Of a stretch of 64,000 nt of DNA, positions 1 to 11,466 are shown one piece after another. The DNA is from Hyaloraphidium curvatum SAG 235-1 (taxonomy: Eukaryota; Fungi; Monoblepharomycota), in contig JAIVFI010000023.1 in assembly GCA_025558095.1 (NCBI GenBank), positions 124,001 through 188,000 of the forward strand, written 5' to 3'. Both the position numbers and the translations under genes were made by a program. The first letter of the stretch is position 1; every line of letters begins with the position of its first letter. The notes under the pieces were generated by a model. That model made no database searches. It was given only the letters and a program-made list of their open reading frames with translations, and was not told where the DNA came from.

Positions 1-429
1 GTCCTTGGAGGAGTCCTCGACGATAAAGGGGTCGGTGCCGAGGATGGCGTGGCCGCAGAAAGAGACGTCACGGCCGGTCTCGCAGGCTTCCAGCGGGCCA
101 GCACAGGCTTTGAACCACTGCAGGCGGGGGAGGGCGCCAAAGGCGGGATTTCGAGGCGTTCCGGGAGGCAGGAAGGGAGGTCCGCCACCGGGCATATTAA
201 GGACGCCGGTTAGAAGCCATACGTAGCGGGCAGTTTCGAGGTGGAAACCCGCCTGCCTGTTTGTGTCGACCAGCGAGACCAGCGCTATGCGGTATCCCGT
301 GATCCTCTTGGCCAAGGTGACGATCCTGGTGAAGGACGGTTCCGGAGCACTGTCTAGCACCCTCAGGGCGGCCAGCTCGGCCAGCCGCTCCGCCTCCCGC
401 GGGTGCGGCGGTGGCGGGACGAATGCCAT
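1..429 (-). CDS. GAF-domain sensor protein, 5' part (runs off window start); exons 429-253 and 117-<1
   Basis: Manual translation MAFVPPPPHPREAERLAELAALRVLDSAPEPSFTRIVTLAKRITGYRIALVSLVDTNRQ|WFKACAGPLEACETGRDVSFCGHAILGTDPFIVEDSSKD matches the classic GAF pattern (E.ERL..L..L.ILD...ALVSLVD..RQWFK...ET.RD.SFC.HAIL). Requires GC-AG intron 252-118. Not in the ORF track. Confidence 0.85.
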   Translation of the reverse strand, partial: MAFVPPPPHPREAERLAELAALRVLDSAPEPSFTRIVTLAKRITGYRIALVSLVDTNRQAGFHLETARYVWLLTGVLNMPGGGPPFLPPGTPRNPAFGALPRLQWFKACAGPLEACETGRDVSFCGHAILGTDPFIVEDSSKD

Positions 430-653
430 CGCTGAGATGGCGGGAGAGGGCCGGAGAGGGGCGGGGGAGCGGGCGGAGCACATGGGGACGCAGGGGCGGC
501 GCTGGTCCTTCCCGCACGGCGCCCGTTTCCAGCGTTTCTTTCTCGACGCGTCGCGTCGTCCTCCCGCCCCATCGCGCCTCCATCCCCTAATAGGGTGTTG
601 CCGGGGCCCGCATCACCCGCATCGCCGGCCCCCGCCCCCGCCCCGCCGCCGCC

Positions 654-3600
654 ATGTCCCGCGTGATCCGCCACGCCGACCAGGCGCCGCAGCGGCCGTC
701 CACGCTGCCGGGCAAGGAGGCCGCGCTCTTCCGCCAGATCATCAAGTTCTACGAGCTGAAGCAGTACAAAAAGGGCATGAAGGCCGCCGAGGCCGTGCTC
801 AAGAAGGTGCCCGAGCACGGCGAGACGCTGGCCATGAAGGCGCTGCTCATCAGCCAGATGCCCGGGTACAACACGGACCGGGCGAGGAAGGACGAGGCGA
901 TGGACCTCGTCAAGCGCGGCCTGAAGAACGACCTCAAGAGCACAGTCTGTGGGTGTCGGGGGCGGGATGGGGTGACTCGTTGGAGGAGACGCTACCTCCA
1001 AACAAGACGCGTCGGACGCGTTTCCGCACCGATGGGGCGCATTCGCCATCGGACGCAGCTCTTCCTTATCGGCATTTTGGTCCCGCCGCTCGCTTACGCC
1101 CGATTGCTCACGCATCCGCCCTCTTTAGGCTGGCACGTCCTCGGCCTCATCCACCGCCAGGAGAAGCAGTACGACGAGGCCAGCCGCGCGTACCTCAACG
1201 CGCTCAAGTTCGAGAAGGACAACCAGCAGATCATCCGGGACCTGACCAACCTGCAGATCCAGCGGCGGGACTACGAGGGCTTCAACGTCCGTGGGCCCTT
1301 CCCCGCGGCCGGTCCGCCGCCCTGACCGTTCCCCCGCCGGTTCGCAGGAGACCCAGCACCGCCTCCTCGAGCTCAAACCCGCCATCCGCACGCACTGGCT
1401 CGGCCTCGCGGTCTCGTACCACCTCCTGGGCGTGCACGCGCAGGCGGTCCGCATCCTCGACGCGTGGCACAAGACCAACACGGACGTGCGGACCGGTGCG
1501 GCGACGCACGACCAGAGGCTGGAGGACCAGGAGCTGTGGCTGTACAGGTGCTGGGTGCTCGAGGAGGGTGGGGACAAGGAGGGGGCGCTGAAGGATCTCG
1601 AGGGTTTCGAAGGGGAGGGGAAGGTGCTGGATCCCGTGGCATGGAACGAGGCCAAAGGTGGGATTGTGGCGAGCGTTGTGCGCTTTTGCGTCTCAACGAA
1701 CGGCTCCGTCGGTAATCCCACAGGCCGCCTGTACTTCGCCCTCGGCAAGCCTGACAAGGCCGCCGAATGCTACCATGCCCTCCTCGCCATCAACCCCGAC
1801 GACGCCTCTCTCTTCTCCCGCCTCGAATCCTGCCTCGACGACACTTCCCCGGCCGCCCTCCTCGCCTTCTACCGCGACATGGAGTCGCGCTACCCCCGCT
1901 CGACCCACGTGCGCCACCGCATCTTGGAGCTCCTCCCCGCCTCGGACGAGGACTGGCAGGCCCGGATCACCGCCGAGCTGCGCAAGGGGTTCCGCAAGGG
2001 CGTGCCGTCGCTCTTCACCTCGCTCGAGCGGCTCTGGCTGTCGGGTGCCGCGGACGCCGCGGAGAAGAAGGACTGGATCCGCGCCGCCGTGCAGGCGCAC
2101 GTGGAATCGCTCGAGAAATCGGGCACCTTCCCCTCCTCGGACGAGAGGGAACCCCCCACCGCGATCCCGTGGTCCCGCCTCTTCCTCGCCCTCCTGCACG
2201 ACTCTGACGGCAACCCCGCCGGCGCCCTCGCCGCCGTCGACGCCGCCATCGCGCACACGCCCACCCTGGTCGAGCTGCACATGTTCCGCGGGCGCGCGCT
2301 CAAGCGCGCCGGCCGCCTCGGCGAGGCCGCCGACGCGCTGCAGGAGGCCCGCGAGCTGGACCTGCAGGACCGGTTCGTCAACACCAAGTGCGCAAAGTAC
2401 CTGCTCCGCGCGGGGAGGTACGAGGAGGCCGAGCGGGTCGTGGTGCTCTTCACGAAGGCGGAGAGCACGGATCCCGTGGCGGAGCTGGTGGAGCAGCAGG
2501 TCATGTGGTGGGCGGCCGAGGCGGCGGAGATGTGGGCAAGGAAAGGGGAGTGGGGGAGGGCGATGAAGAGGTGGTACCAGATCGAGAAGGTGGGGTCGCC
2601 TGGCTGGTCGGCACATCCTGCTGACCGGGCGAGCTCCAACATGATCCCACAGCACTTTGCCGACTTTTACGAGGACCAGTTCGACTACCACCAGTACTGC
2701 CTGCGGCGGATGACGATGCGGTCCTACATCCAGTGAGCACATCCCTCCCGGCGCTCCCACCTCTTTCTGACTCAGTTTGCCAGGATGCTCCGCTTCGAGG
2801 ACCGCCTCCGCTCGCACCCCTTCTTCTTCCGCGCCGCCTGCGGCGCCGTCCGCGCCTTCCTCCACCTGCACGACAACCCCTCCGCGGCCGCCACCGCCGC
2901 CGAGAAGCTCGAGAAGGAGATGGAGGGCCTGAGCGTGCAGGAGCGCAAGAAGGCCGCGAAAAAGGCCGGCAAGGAGGCGGAGAAGGAGAAGGCGGCTGCC
3001 GCGGCGGCTGCTGCGGGCAAGAAGGACGGCAAGGAGCCGCCGAAGCCCAAGGACGAGGATCCGGACGGGGAGAAGCTTTTGGAGGCGGCGAAGGCGGACT
3101 ACCTCGCCGAGGCGACGAGGCTGTTCCTGAAGCCGCTGCTGGAGCAGAGCCCGGGGAGGGTGGAGAGCCAGGTGCTCGGGGCACAGGTGTACCTCCGGAG
3201 ACGTGGGTCATCCTGGCGGCCATGGCGTGGCTTGGGCTGATCCGCTTGTCAGGAAAACCCCTCCTCGCACTCCGCTCCCTTCTTGCCGGGCTCCGCATCG
3301 AGCCCGAGAACGCGGAGCTTCATTTGGTCGCCGCCCAGCTGCACAAGGAGCTCGCCACGTCGCCGCCCGAGAACGCTGCGGTCCGCGAGATCGTGGAGGA
3401 GGGAATCAAGCGGATTTTCCCCGAGTTTCCGGGCACGGATCTGGCAAAGTGGAATGACGAGTGGCGCGCGCGGAATCCCGGGCTCGTGGCGGCGGTTTCC
3501 GGTGCGTCGCACCGCGTTCGAGCATTGCACTCGTGCTGACGAATCATGACGCAGCCGCCCGGGTTTCTGCCCTCCTGGACCCCTCCTCCTCCTCCTCCGC

Positions 3601-3781
3601 GGCCGACTCCGTTGTCGCGGCTTTCGAGTCCGCCTCGCACCCTCCCTCGCTGAAGGAGGCGATCGAGGCGCACGGGGTGCTGCTCGGTATGGACGCCGGG
3701 GCGGCCGAGCGCGCTTTCCGGACAGGGGCGGGGCGGTGGCCGCTGGCGGACTACTTCAGGAAGGAGGAGAAAAAGGAGTGA
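654..3781 (+). CDS. NAT1: NatA N-terminal acetyltransferase auxiliary subunit (Nat1/NAA15), multi-exon TPR protein
   Basis: LP.KEAALFRQIIKFYELKQYKKGMK, HGETLAMK, KSTVC|WHVLGL (intron 949-1128), HTPTLVELHM, DLQDRFVNTKCAKYLLRA, EDQFDYHQYCLRRMTMRSY, KDEDPDGEKL; several short introns; stop at 3779-3781. Confidence 0.95.
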
Positions 3782-3952
3782 TCTAGATTAGAGGCGGTTT
3801 TGGAGAGCTTCGGCCTGGCAGCCTCCAGGGGGTCGAGTGAAGAGCTCGATCGGTGCGGGGCGCCGCGTCGCGACGATCCCCGCATTCTCCGGAGCCAATC
3901 CCCACCGCATCGCGACGAAGCCCGGGCTTTCGGCAGCAGCAAACCGCTGACG

Positions 3953-4483
3953 ATGCCCGCGCCGTCGTTCCCCGTGCCCGTCACGGCGCTCTTCTCGTCG
4001 CTCTCGGCGCTGTGCGGTCCCTCTCCCCGGATCCCAAAAGCGCCCTGACGCTCCCCAACGCCGATCAGGTCTTATGCCCAGCTGGCGATGAACGTGATCA
4101 AACTGCGGGTCAAGAACCGCGTTCCGTACGGCGACGGCGGCCATGAGGACCTCGAAAGGTGGGGCTCGACGCCGTGTCCCGGAATCGCGTCCCTGACATT
4201 GCACAGGGCGATCCGAGCCCACGGCAACTACGGCGAATACTACCCGGTGCACCTGATCCAGCTCGCCCTGATGGAGCTCAACGGCGCCCCGCGATGGCTG
4301 CTCTTCGGGCTCGGCGGCAGCATGGGGCTGGGCCGGCTTTTCCACTACTGGTCCGTGTCTACGGACGCGTCGAACGCGGCGCCGACCAACTGGCGGGTGT
4401 GGGGGATGAGGCTCACGCTCGGGACGATCATCACGGGGGCGTTTGCGAACCTGGCGCTGGCGGGGAAGGTGCTGGCGGAATGA
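3953..4483 (+). CDS. MAPEG family membrane protein (bacterial YecN-like type), 2 introns
   Basis: MPAPSFPVPVTALFSSLSAL...LAMNVIKLR.KNRVPYGDGGHEDLER|AIRAHGNYGEYYP...LMELNGAP...GRLFH; the RAHGN..EY motif is typical of MAPEG. Confidence 0.8.
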
Positions 4484-4680
4484 CGTGCAGCAGCTCGGGA
4501 TTTTGATCGCTGTTGCGTGGGCTCGGACATAGACGTGCGGAGTGGGGTGACGTTCCTTTCTTTGGGTATCTGCAAGTGACAAAGTTACATAATGCTGCGC
4601 AATCGCGCCTGGTATCGACACAGTCTCCAACTCCCGGCTCCCAAGCTCCCTGCCAACCTTGACCGAGCCAACAAAACCCA

Positions 4681-6343
4681 TCACCTCCTCCTCGCAGGGT
4701 TGATGCCCATGTGGCCCATTGGCTTGGGCAGGTCCGTGCACCCCTCCAGCCTGGCCGTGACCTCCACGGGGGCCCCCGGCATCTGGTCGGGCTGCGACGT
4801 GGCCAGGTTCCAGTCCTTATCGATCCCCGTCGAGTTCGCGTCGATCGAATAGCCGAGGTCCCGCAGTGAAAAAGCGGTGAGGTAGCTAAGCGGATTGCCG
4901 TTGCTCGAGAGGAAGCCCGTCATGAGCTCCTGCCTGAAGCTCGACTCCTTCCAGTGCGAGCACGACGTCCCCACAGAGCCGGACCCCGTCGAATCGTGCA
5001 CGGGCACGTACGGCTGCCCCAGGCTCCCCGACGGATCCACGAGCGACAGGCTGGCGTTGGCGTTGGCCCCGAGGAACCGCGCCCCCGCGACGCTCTGCCC
5101 GTACGACACGCGGGTATCGCAGTCCGCGGGCTGGATGAGGTTCTTTTCGGGCCAGATGGTGCCGATCCCCAGGACGTGGCCCATCTCGTGCTGGATGACG
5201 GCGTCGAGGAAGCCGCCCGCCGCGAGGCCGGCGACGTCCACCTCGTCGAACACCATGAAGCCCGTCAGCGGGAGGTACGGGTTCTGCCCGCCGTCGCGGT
5301 AGTACCAGAACGACGCTGCGCCGAGGATGCTGTTGGTCCCGTCGATGGGGCCGACGGTGAAGGCGATGATGAGGTCGTCGACGTTGCCGGCGCAGCTCAT
5401 CACGTTGACGTACTTGGCGGCCACAAAGTCGTAGACCACCAGGCAGTTGTCCACGGGGGGCTGGCCCACGAAGACGTCCTCGACGTCGGCGGAGATGATG
5501 GACATCCAGCGCTGCGCGGCGCGCACGAACACGGCGTCGTACGTGTCGTGCGGGGAGCACCGCAGGAGCTCGATGTTGAACACCGTGGCCGCCGTCGAGT
5601 TGTCGTAGGGGAGCACGTACGGCACGGGGACGTAGGTGCACATGGTGGTGTTGAGGATGACGTTGCCCGGGTCGAGCGTGGGCGTCACCGTGCGCAGCGT
5701 CCGGGTCGTCGAGGTTTGGCTCGGGGTGACCGTCAAAGTTTCGCTGCGGGTCACGGTGAAGGTGACGGGAGGGGGCACGGAGGTGACAGTCTCCCTCAAA
5801 GTCTGTACGACCGTGCTCGTCACGGGGAGGAAGGAGGTCGTGGTGGTGGGGACAAAAGAGGTTACGGTCGTCGGCTACGTGTGGAAAGAAGTGTGAGTTG
5901 CAAGTGTGGGATGGAGGGAGGCCGGGAGGGAGACGACGGTGGCGGACCCATTGGCCCGAGCGGCCGTCGGTCCCCGAGCCCCCAGAGCGCCCCATGGTAC
6001 CCACCACGATCAGCGTCGACGTCTCCGTGACCGTCGTCAGCAGCTGCAGTGCCATCGTGGACGTCACTGGCAGCGTGAGCGTCGAGGTCTGCCACAGCGT
6101 GCGGGGGAAGAGCGTGACGGTCTTTGTCGCCCGGAAGACCGTCCGCAGCGATGTCGTGGTCACCGTCCGCGTGGTCGTCTTCGTGCGGGACCAGCGGGTG
6201 ACCGTCCGCGTGATCGGCCTGCGATGCGGTGCGGTGAGGGGGCGGGGTTTAGGCGGGCGGGGCGGTGCTCACAGGAGCTGCGCGGTGCCGCCGTGGAGGA
6301 ACGGCAGCAGCAGCAGCGCCGCCAGCAGCAGCGAGCGCCGCAT
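4681..6343 (-). CDS. Secreted leishmanolysin-like (M8) zinc metalloprotease with Thr-rich N-terminal region
   Basis: Signal peptide MRRSLLLAALLLLPFLHGGTAQ at 6343 followed by a GTGAG donor; Thr/Val-rich exons; catalytic HEMGHVLGIG, SHW and ELMTG (Met-turn) motifs. Confidence 0.85.
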
Positions 6344-6829
6344 CGCGGCGGCGAGATTCGCTTCGCGCCGCGGTGGGGCAGGTCGGGGAATGTTCTTTGC
6401 GTCGTGCACGGACCAGCCGGTCTGCCTGCCGCAGCGGCTTGTGGCGGTGCTTCCGCCTCATCGCACACAAGGGAAGGGGCGTGAACAAAAGGACACGCCT
6501 CGAAGGACTGGGGACGTACTACGAAGCCACCGCCTCGGACTCGGGTAGGACAGGCTCAATGAGGCGTCTCTCTCTGCCCCCCGCCCCTCCTTCATTCATC
6601 ACCGATCGGGCCTAGCTTGCAATTGCTGCACTTCGCGCCCTACACGTCACGACCAACCCGCTAACGATGTGGCCTGCGAGTGAGGGAAGCTGAGGTCCTG
6701 AAAAGTGTGCGCCAACCGGCCCCGATCGTGTCCGTGACCGGGGCCGGCGCGCACCCGGCTCCTGAAGCCGGGGTCTCTAGTCCGCCAGACGACCGGCTGG
6801 CTTTCCAGGCCCGATTTCGGCGGCCGGGC

Positions 6830-7270
6830 CGCCTCCGGCCTCGCGCACGTCTCAAAGCCGCACAACACCCGCGCCGACGCCCGATGCCGCGAGCATTCCC
6901 GACCTCGCCAACGCCACGAGAGCTGCGCGACGCCCTTTGGAAACACGTCGGCGGTCGGCAGCGCGAGCAGCGGCTCCGACGACGCCGGCACCGGGTACGG
7001 CGCACGGGCCGCGAGCGCCCCCCTGCGCACGTCGAAGATCCGCACCGCGCCGTCGTCCCCGTACCCCGCCACGCGGTACGGGTTCCACGGATCCGCGGCA
7101 AGCCCGTGGATCGATTTGGTCGCGATCGCGAAGCTCGGCGCGCCCGACGTATGGTGCCGCAGATCCCAACCCCGGATGCCCTTGCCCGGCACGCCGGCAA
7201 CGAGAAGATGCGGGGAGAGGAAGGCGAGGGAGACCACGGGGTCTGCGGGGCCGAGGGGCTGTGTGTGGGC
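6830..7270 (-). pseudogene. Decayed WD40 fragment of MIOS/SEA4 (GATOR2 subunit)-like gene
   Basis: QPLGPADPVVSLAFL...WDLR...ATKSIHGLAADPWNPYRVAGYGDDGAVRIFDVRR...VAQLSW, frameshift near 6910, then RSGMLAA...VVRL*DVRE (stop 6852-6854). Resembles the MIOS N-terminal WD40s (LSLCW..IFDLR..TKAVQGVTVDP..RVASF..IWDLR..AWCPTRTGLLA..IRLYD). No ATG. Confidence 0.7.
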
Positions 7271-8164
7271 CTACCTCGCCATCAAAAGGTCGAGGGCGGC
7301 TCCCACGTCGAACCCCGTCCTGGTGAGCGCGTCGAGGCACTTTTCAGTGTCCTTGTACCCCATGCCCCGCAGCGTCTCTAGGGCGCCCTGGATATCGACG
7401 GAATCCATCCCCACGGTCGAAACCCCCTGGTCCGCGGCCGCCGGCCGTTCAGGGACGGCCTCGCCGGGCGGATCCGTGTCCTCCACATAGAGTGCCTCCA
7501 CGACCTGCTCGATGTTGCCGTCGTGGAGCTGCAGCAGGTCCAGGCAGCGCTCCGCGTCCGAAAATCCGAGGTCCGACAGCACCCGGAGGTGCGTCGAAAA
7601 GCGGAGCACCGGGGGCTCGCGCAGCGAAGACGGCGATCCGGTAGGGGACGGCGGCTTCGGCGACGGAGGAGGCCCGTTGGCTGGCCGAGGCGGAACCAGC
7701 TCCGCGTCGGGGGGCGGCACCGTCCCGCCGTACAGCAGCTCCAGCGCCCTCTCCACGTCGCCGCCGGCCCGCAGCAGTGCCTTCCTGTTCCGCTCCTCGT
7801 CGTCGAGCCCCAGATCCCGCAGGACGAGCCGCTCCGTCGCGTACGGCTCCTTTTGCTGCGGGACGTCGAGCTCCGACCGCGACCGCGTCCTCCTCGGCGG
7901 CTCGAGGACCATGTCCGAACCGCTGCCCTCAGTTCCCGCGCTCTTTGGCGCGTGCTCCGGGTCGCCGTGCCGCATGAGCACCTCCACCGCGCCCTCGACG
8001 TCGTTGTCGACCAGCCGTAGCGCGGACCGCGCCCGCGCCTCCTCGAACCCCAGGTCGACCAGGACAGCCAGCTCCACGGGCAGGTTGGGATCGGAAACGG
8101 GGGAGGGAGACGGCGGCCGCGGGAGAGGGCGCGGCCGCCGGGGTATGGAGCTCCGAGTGGACAT
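7271..8164 (-). CDS. Multi-UBA-domain protein (about 4 UBA domains with Pro-rich linkers)
   Basis: Repeated UBA signatures: LVDLGF..ARSAL...NDVEGAVEVL; LRDLGL..NRKAL..AGGDVERALELL; LSDLGF..LL..HDGNIEQVVEAL; LRGMGY..AL..TGFDVGAALDLL. Confidence 0.85.
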   Translation of the reverse strand: MSTRSSIPRRPRPLPRPPSPSPVSDPNLPVELAVLVDLGFEEARARSALRLVDNDVEGAVEVLMRHGDPEHAPKSAGTEGSGSDMVLEPPRRTRSRSELDVPQQKEPYATERLVLRDLGLDDEERNRKALLRAGGDVERALELLYGGTVPPPDAELVPPRPANGPPPSPKPPSPTGSPSSLREPPVLRFSTHLRVLSDLGFSDAERCLDLLQLHDGNIEQVVEALYVEDTDPPGEAVPERPAAADQGVSTVGMDSVDIQGALETLRGMGYKDTEKCLDALTRTGFDVGAALDLLMAR

Positions 8165-8546
8165 GTTTGGCAGTTGAACTGGGAGCCGAGGGCGTCGCCG
8201 CGGTTCCACAACGGCGTGATCCAACCGGCTTGGCTGGAGGATGGAAGCGCGAAGCGTAATCGTTGAAAAAGATGAGGCTATTGGATGCTGAGCAGCCGGA
8301 CCGCTGACGGTGAGTGGGATAGACTGCCTCCTCGGTCCAGACATTCTAGTCCAATAAGCCGAGAATCAACGAATCCACCCCGGGACCTGTCCAGTTCTGC
8401 CAAGAGAAGAACCGTGAACAGCCTGACCGGGCTTTATCTTATTGGTCCCGGGGCCTGGACCTGGTATTCGGTGGCGAGTCTGCGGCAAGTGCACGGGCCT
8501 GGCCGTCTCCCGCAACCGAAATCGCGCTCCCCCCTCCGCCCCCGAA

Positions 8547-10516
8547 ATGGCCGCCGACCTCGTCATCCGCGGCGGCACCGTCGTCGACGGTTCCGGCGCT
8601 GCGCCCTTCCGCGCGGACGTGGCCGTGAAGGGCGGCGTCATCTCGGCCATCGGGCCGGACCTGCCTGCCGGCGCAAAGGAGATCGACGCCCACGGCAAGC
8701 TCGTGACGCCCGGCTTCGTGGACGTGCACTGCCATTACGACGGACAAATCGTTTGGGACAGCCAGCTCAACCCGTCGTCGCTGCACGGGGTCACCACGGC
8801 GGTCGTCGGCAACTGCGGCGTCGGGTTCGCGCCGGTGCGGCCGGGCAGCCACAATTTGCTCATTGAGCTCATGGAGGGGATCGAGGATATCCCGGCGCCA
8901 GGTACGATCGTCGTTCCTGCGGGATAGGATCTCGAGGCTGACCACCGGCGGACAGTCATGGCCGAGGGCCTCGACTTCTCCTGGGAGACCTTCTCCGAGT
9001 TCCTCGACAAGGTCGCTTCCAAGAAGCACGACATCGACATCTGCACCCTCGTCCCCCACGCCGCCGTCCGCGTCTACGTCATGGGCGAGCGCGCCGTCAA
9101 GCTCGAAAAGGCCAACGAGACCGATATCCAGGAGATGCGGCGCATCGTCGCCGACGCCATCAAGGCCGGCGCCTTCGGCTTCTCCACCTCGCGCACGCTC
9201 AACCACAAGACGCTCAAGGGCGACCCGACGCCGACCCTGCGCGCCGCGGAGGACGAGCTCAGCGGCATCGCGGCGGGCATGAAGGAGGTCGGCGCCGGTA
9301 TCATCGAGCTCGTCTCGGACTGGTTCCAGCCCAAGGAGGAGTTCGACATCCTCAAGCGCGTGGCCGAGTCCTCGGGCCGTCCGGCGCTGTTCCTGCTCAC
9401 GGAGAACCACGACGACCCCAAGAAGAAATGGAAGACGCTGCTGCAGCTCAGCGACGACGCCGCGGCGCAGGGGGTCCCCATCCGCCCCGTCTTCCCGCCC
9501 CGCGCCGTCGGCGTGCTCCTCGGCCTGCTCGGCAGCGCCAACCCCTTCGTCGGCACCGCCACGTTCAAGACCATCGCGCACCTGCCGCTCGAGGAGAAGG
9601 TCGCCCGCATGCGCGACCCCGAGGTGCGCCGCAAGATCCTGTCGGAGGACCGGCGCGCGGGCATCACCGCCTTCCCGGCGCTCAAGCGCCTGCAATTCAA
9701 CCGCATGTTCCCGTTCGGAAGCCCGCCGGACTACACGCCGCCGCCGGACGCCAGCGTGGCCGCGATCGCGGCGAGGGAGAAGAGGTCGCCCGAGGAGGTG
9801 GCCTACGACCTGCTGCTCGCCGACGAGGGCAAGAACTTCCTGTACGCGCCCCTGGTCAACTACGACAACGTGCGTGGTCCTGGTTGCCGTGGGACGGGAA
9901 ATCCGAGCTAACGATCATGTTCGCGCAGTACACGCTCGACGCCTCGGGCGAGATGCTCAAGCACCCGAACGCGCTCGTCGGCCTCTCGGACGGCGGCGCC
10001 CACTGTGGTATGATTATGGATGCAGTACGTGATCGGAGTCTCCTTTTTCGGGGTACCGTAGCTCACTCCACTCCGCGTTCCGTGCCGACCTGAACTAAAC
10101 TCTTCAGAGCTTCCCGACCTTCCTCCTGTCCTACTGGGGCAAGCAGAGGGGCCTCCCCATCGAGGAGCTCGTCCGCCGGCAGACCAGCGACACGGCGCGC
10201 GCCATGGGTCTCACAGACCGCGGTCTGCTCAAGGTCGGCATGAAGGCTGACATCAACGTGATCGATTTCGACGCCTTGGCCCTCGAAAGGCCCGTGATCC
10301 AGTTCGACCTGCCCGCGGGCGGCAAGCGGCTGATGCAGCACGCCAAGGGGTACGATGCCACGATCGTCTCGGGAGTCGTGACGTACCGCAACGGGCAGCC
10401 CACGGGCGAGCTGCCCGGGCAGCTGGTGCGCTGCGAAGGTGGGTTGTGCCGCCTTTGCGCTGGCCTTGGAGTCTGATCCGACCGCTCCAACAGTTCCTTC
10501 GAAGCCCAAAATCTAG
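8547..10516 (+). CDS. N-acyl-D-amino-acid deacylase (D-aminoacylase)-like amidohydrolase, 4 introns
   Basis: DLVIRGGTVVDGSG..PFRADVAV, PGFVDVHCHYDGQ..WD..L.PSS.HGVTT.V.GNCGVGFAP, GLSDGGAH, GL.DRGLL.VGMKADINVID, IVSGVVTYRNGQPTGELPGQLVR. Last intron 10439-10493 adds VPSKPKI*. Confidence 0.9.
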
Positions 10517-11067
10517 GCGAATCAATGAAATGGTGAATCGAATGTATACATTGTGCTCTTCGTTGTGGGAAGAGATGTTTCGTTGAGGTGTCGGGACCCC
10601 GATCCCAGCTTTTCCCCCTTTCGGAAGAAACCGCCTCCCGGGGCTCCATTGGATTCGTGCTTGAGCCGCCGAGAGCTGGAATGCCCGCCGGTCCCGATCG
10701 ACGTGCTGCGGGGGGTGCAGGAGGAAAAGATGAGGAGCGTCCTATAGACGACCGGACTCCGAACGGTGCGGAACTGTTACTTCTGTACAATTCTGAACTC
10801 GGGACTCTCTCAAGACTACATTTCGCGCTGCTTGTATTTTTTCCCTGGGGGCTGGTGACGCCTGTTCAGGCCTGCTCAGGCCTGGGGCCACACGCCTCAG
10901 CAGGCCTCGGCAGGGCTCGATCAGCAATAACGCCCCTCAATACCCAGTCTATGCGATGCGGTTGATACGGAAAACTGTCCCAGATAGGAAAAAGTTAACC
11001 CAGGCGGCCCGTACCGCCACAGATCCCGCAGATCAAGGTCGGTCCCCAAAGCTTCCGACTCGTCTTT

Positions 11068-11466
11068 TCAACTGTCAATGCCGGGCCGGCCTGCCGGCGA
11101 AAGCACGGCCGAGTCAAAGATGATGTGCTCCTCGACCGCCATGCCGCTGGCGATCCGGAATCGGTCCACGCCCAGGATCTTGCGCAGCTGACCGTTGACG
11201 GGGATCGACAGCTCCCAGGCTATGTAGAGCATATCTCCGTTACCGGCGCAGTCGAGGGGCGTGACGGTCATGCCAGGGAACGCGTCCAGCGTGCCCTGCA
11301 TGTAGGCGATGTAGTCGGTGCCCGAGATCGTGGTCGGGTTCCCAGTGAAGTGGATCTTGGCGTCAGGCGCGATGACCTCGGCCACGCGGTCTCCTGTCGG
11401 GGCCGACCAGAAGGACTTGAAGCGGTCGTAGAAGTCCTTGTGCTCGGGGGTGAGGGAGTGCGTCAT
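11068..11466 (-). CDS. SnoaL-like/NTF2-fold protein, intronless
   Basis: 132 aa ORF: FWSAPT..V.EVIAPDAKIHF...LDAFPGM.VTPLD..GNGDMLYIAWE...GVDRFRI..G.AVEE.IIFDSA. Confidence 0.8.
   Translation of the reverse strand: MTHSLTPEHKDFYDRFKSFWSAPTGDRVAEVIAPDAKIHFTGNPTTISGTDYIAYMQGTLDAFPGMTVTPLDCAGNGDMLYIAWELSIPVNGQLRKILGVDRFRIASGMAVEEHIIFDSAVLSPAGRPGIDS

Noticed and set aside
6852-6854. In-frame TGA as selenocysteine or recoded Trp
   Set aside because: It lies next to a frameshift in a start-less fragment, and TGA is used as a normal stop elsewhere in the window.
7240-7280. Splice fusion of the UBA gene to the MIOS-like fragment via GTAGGC...CCGCAG
   Set aside because: The intron would be only about 32 nt and joins in the wrong phase for the WD40 frame.
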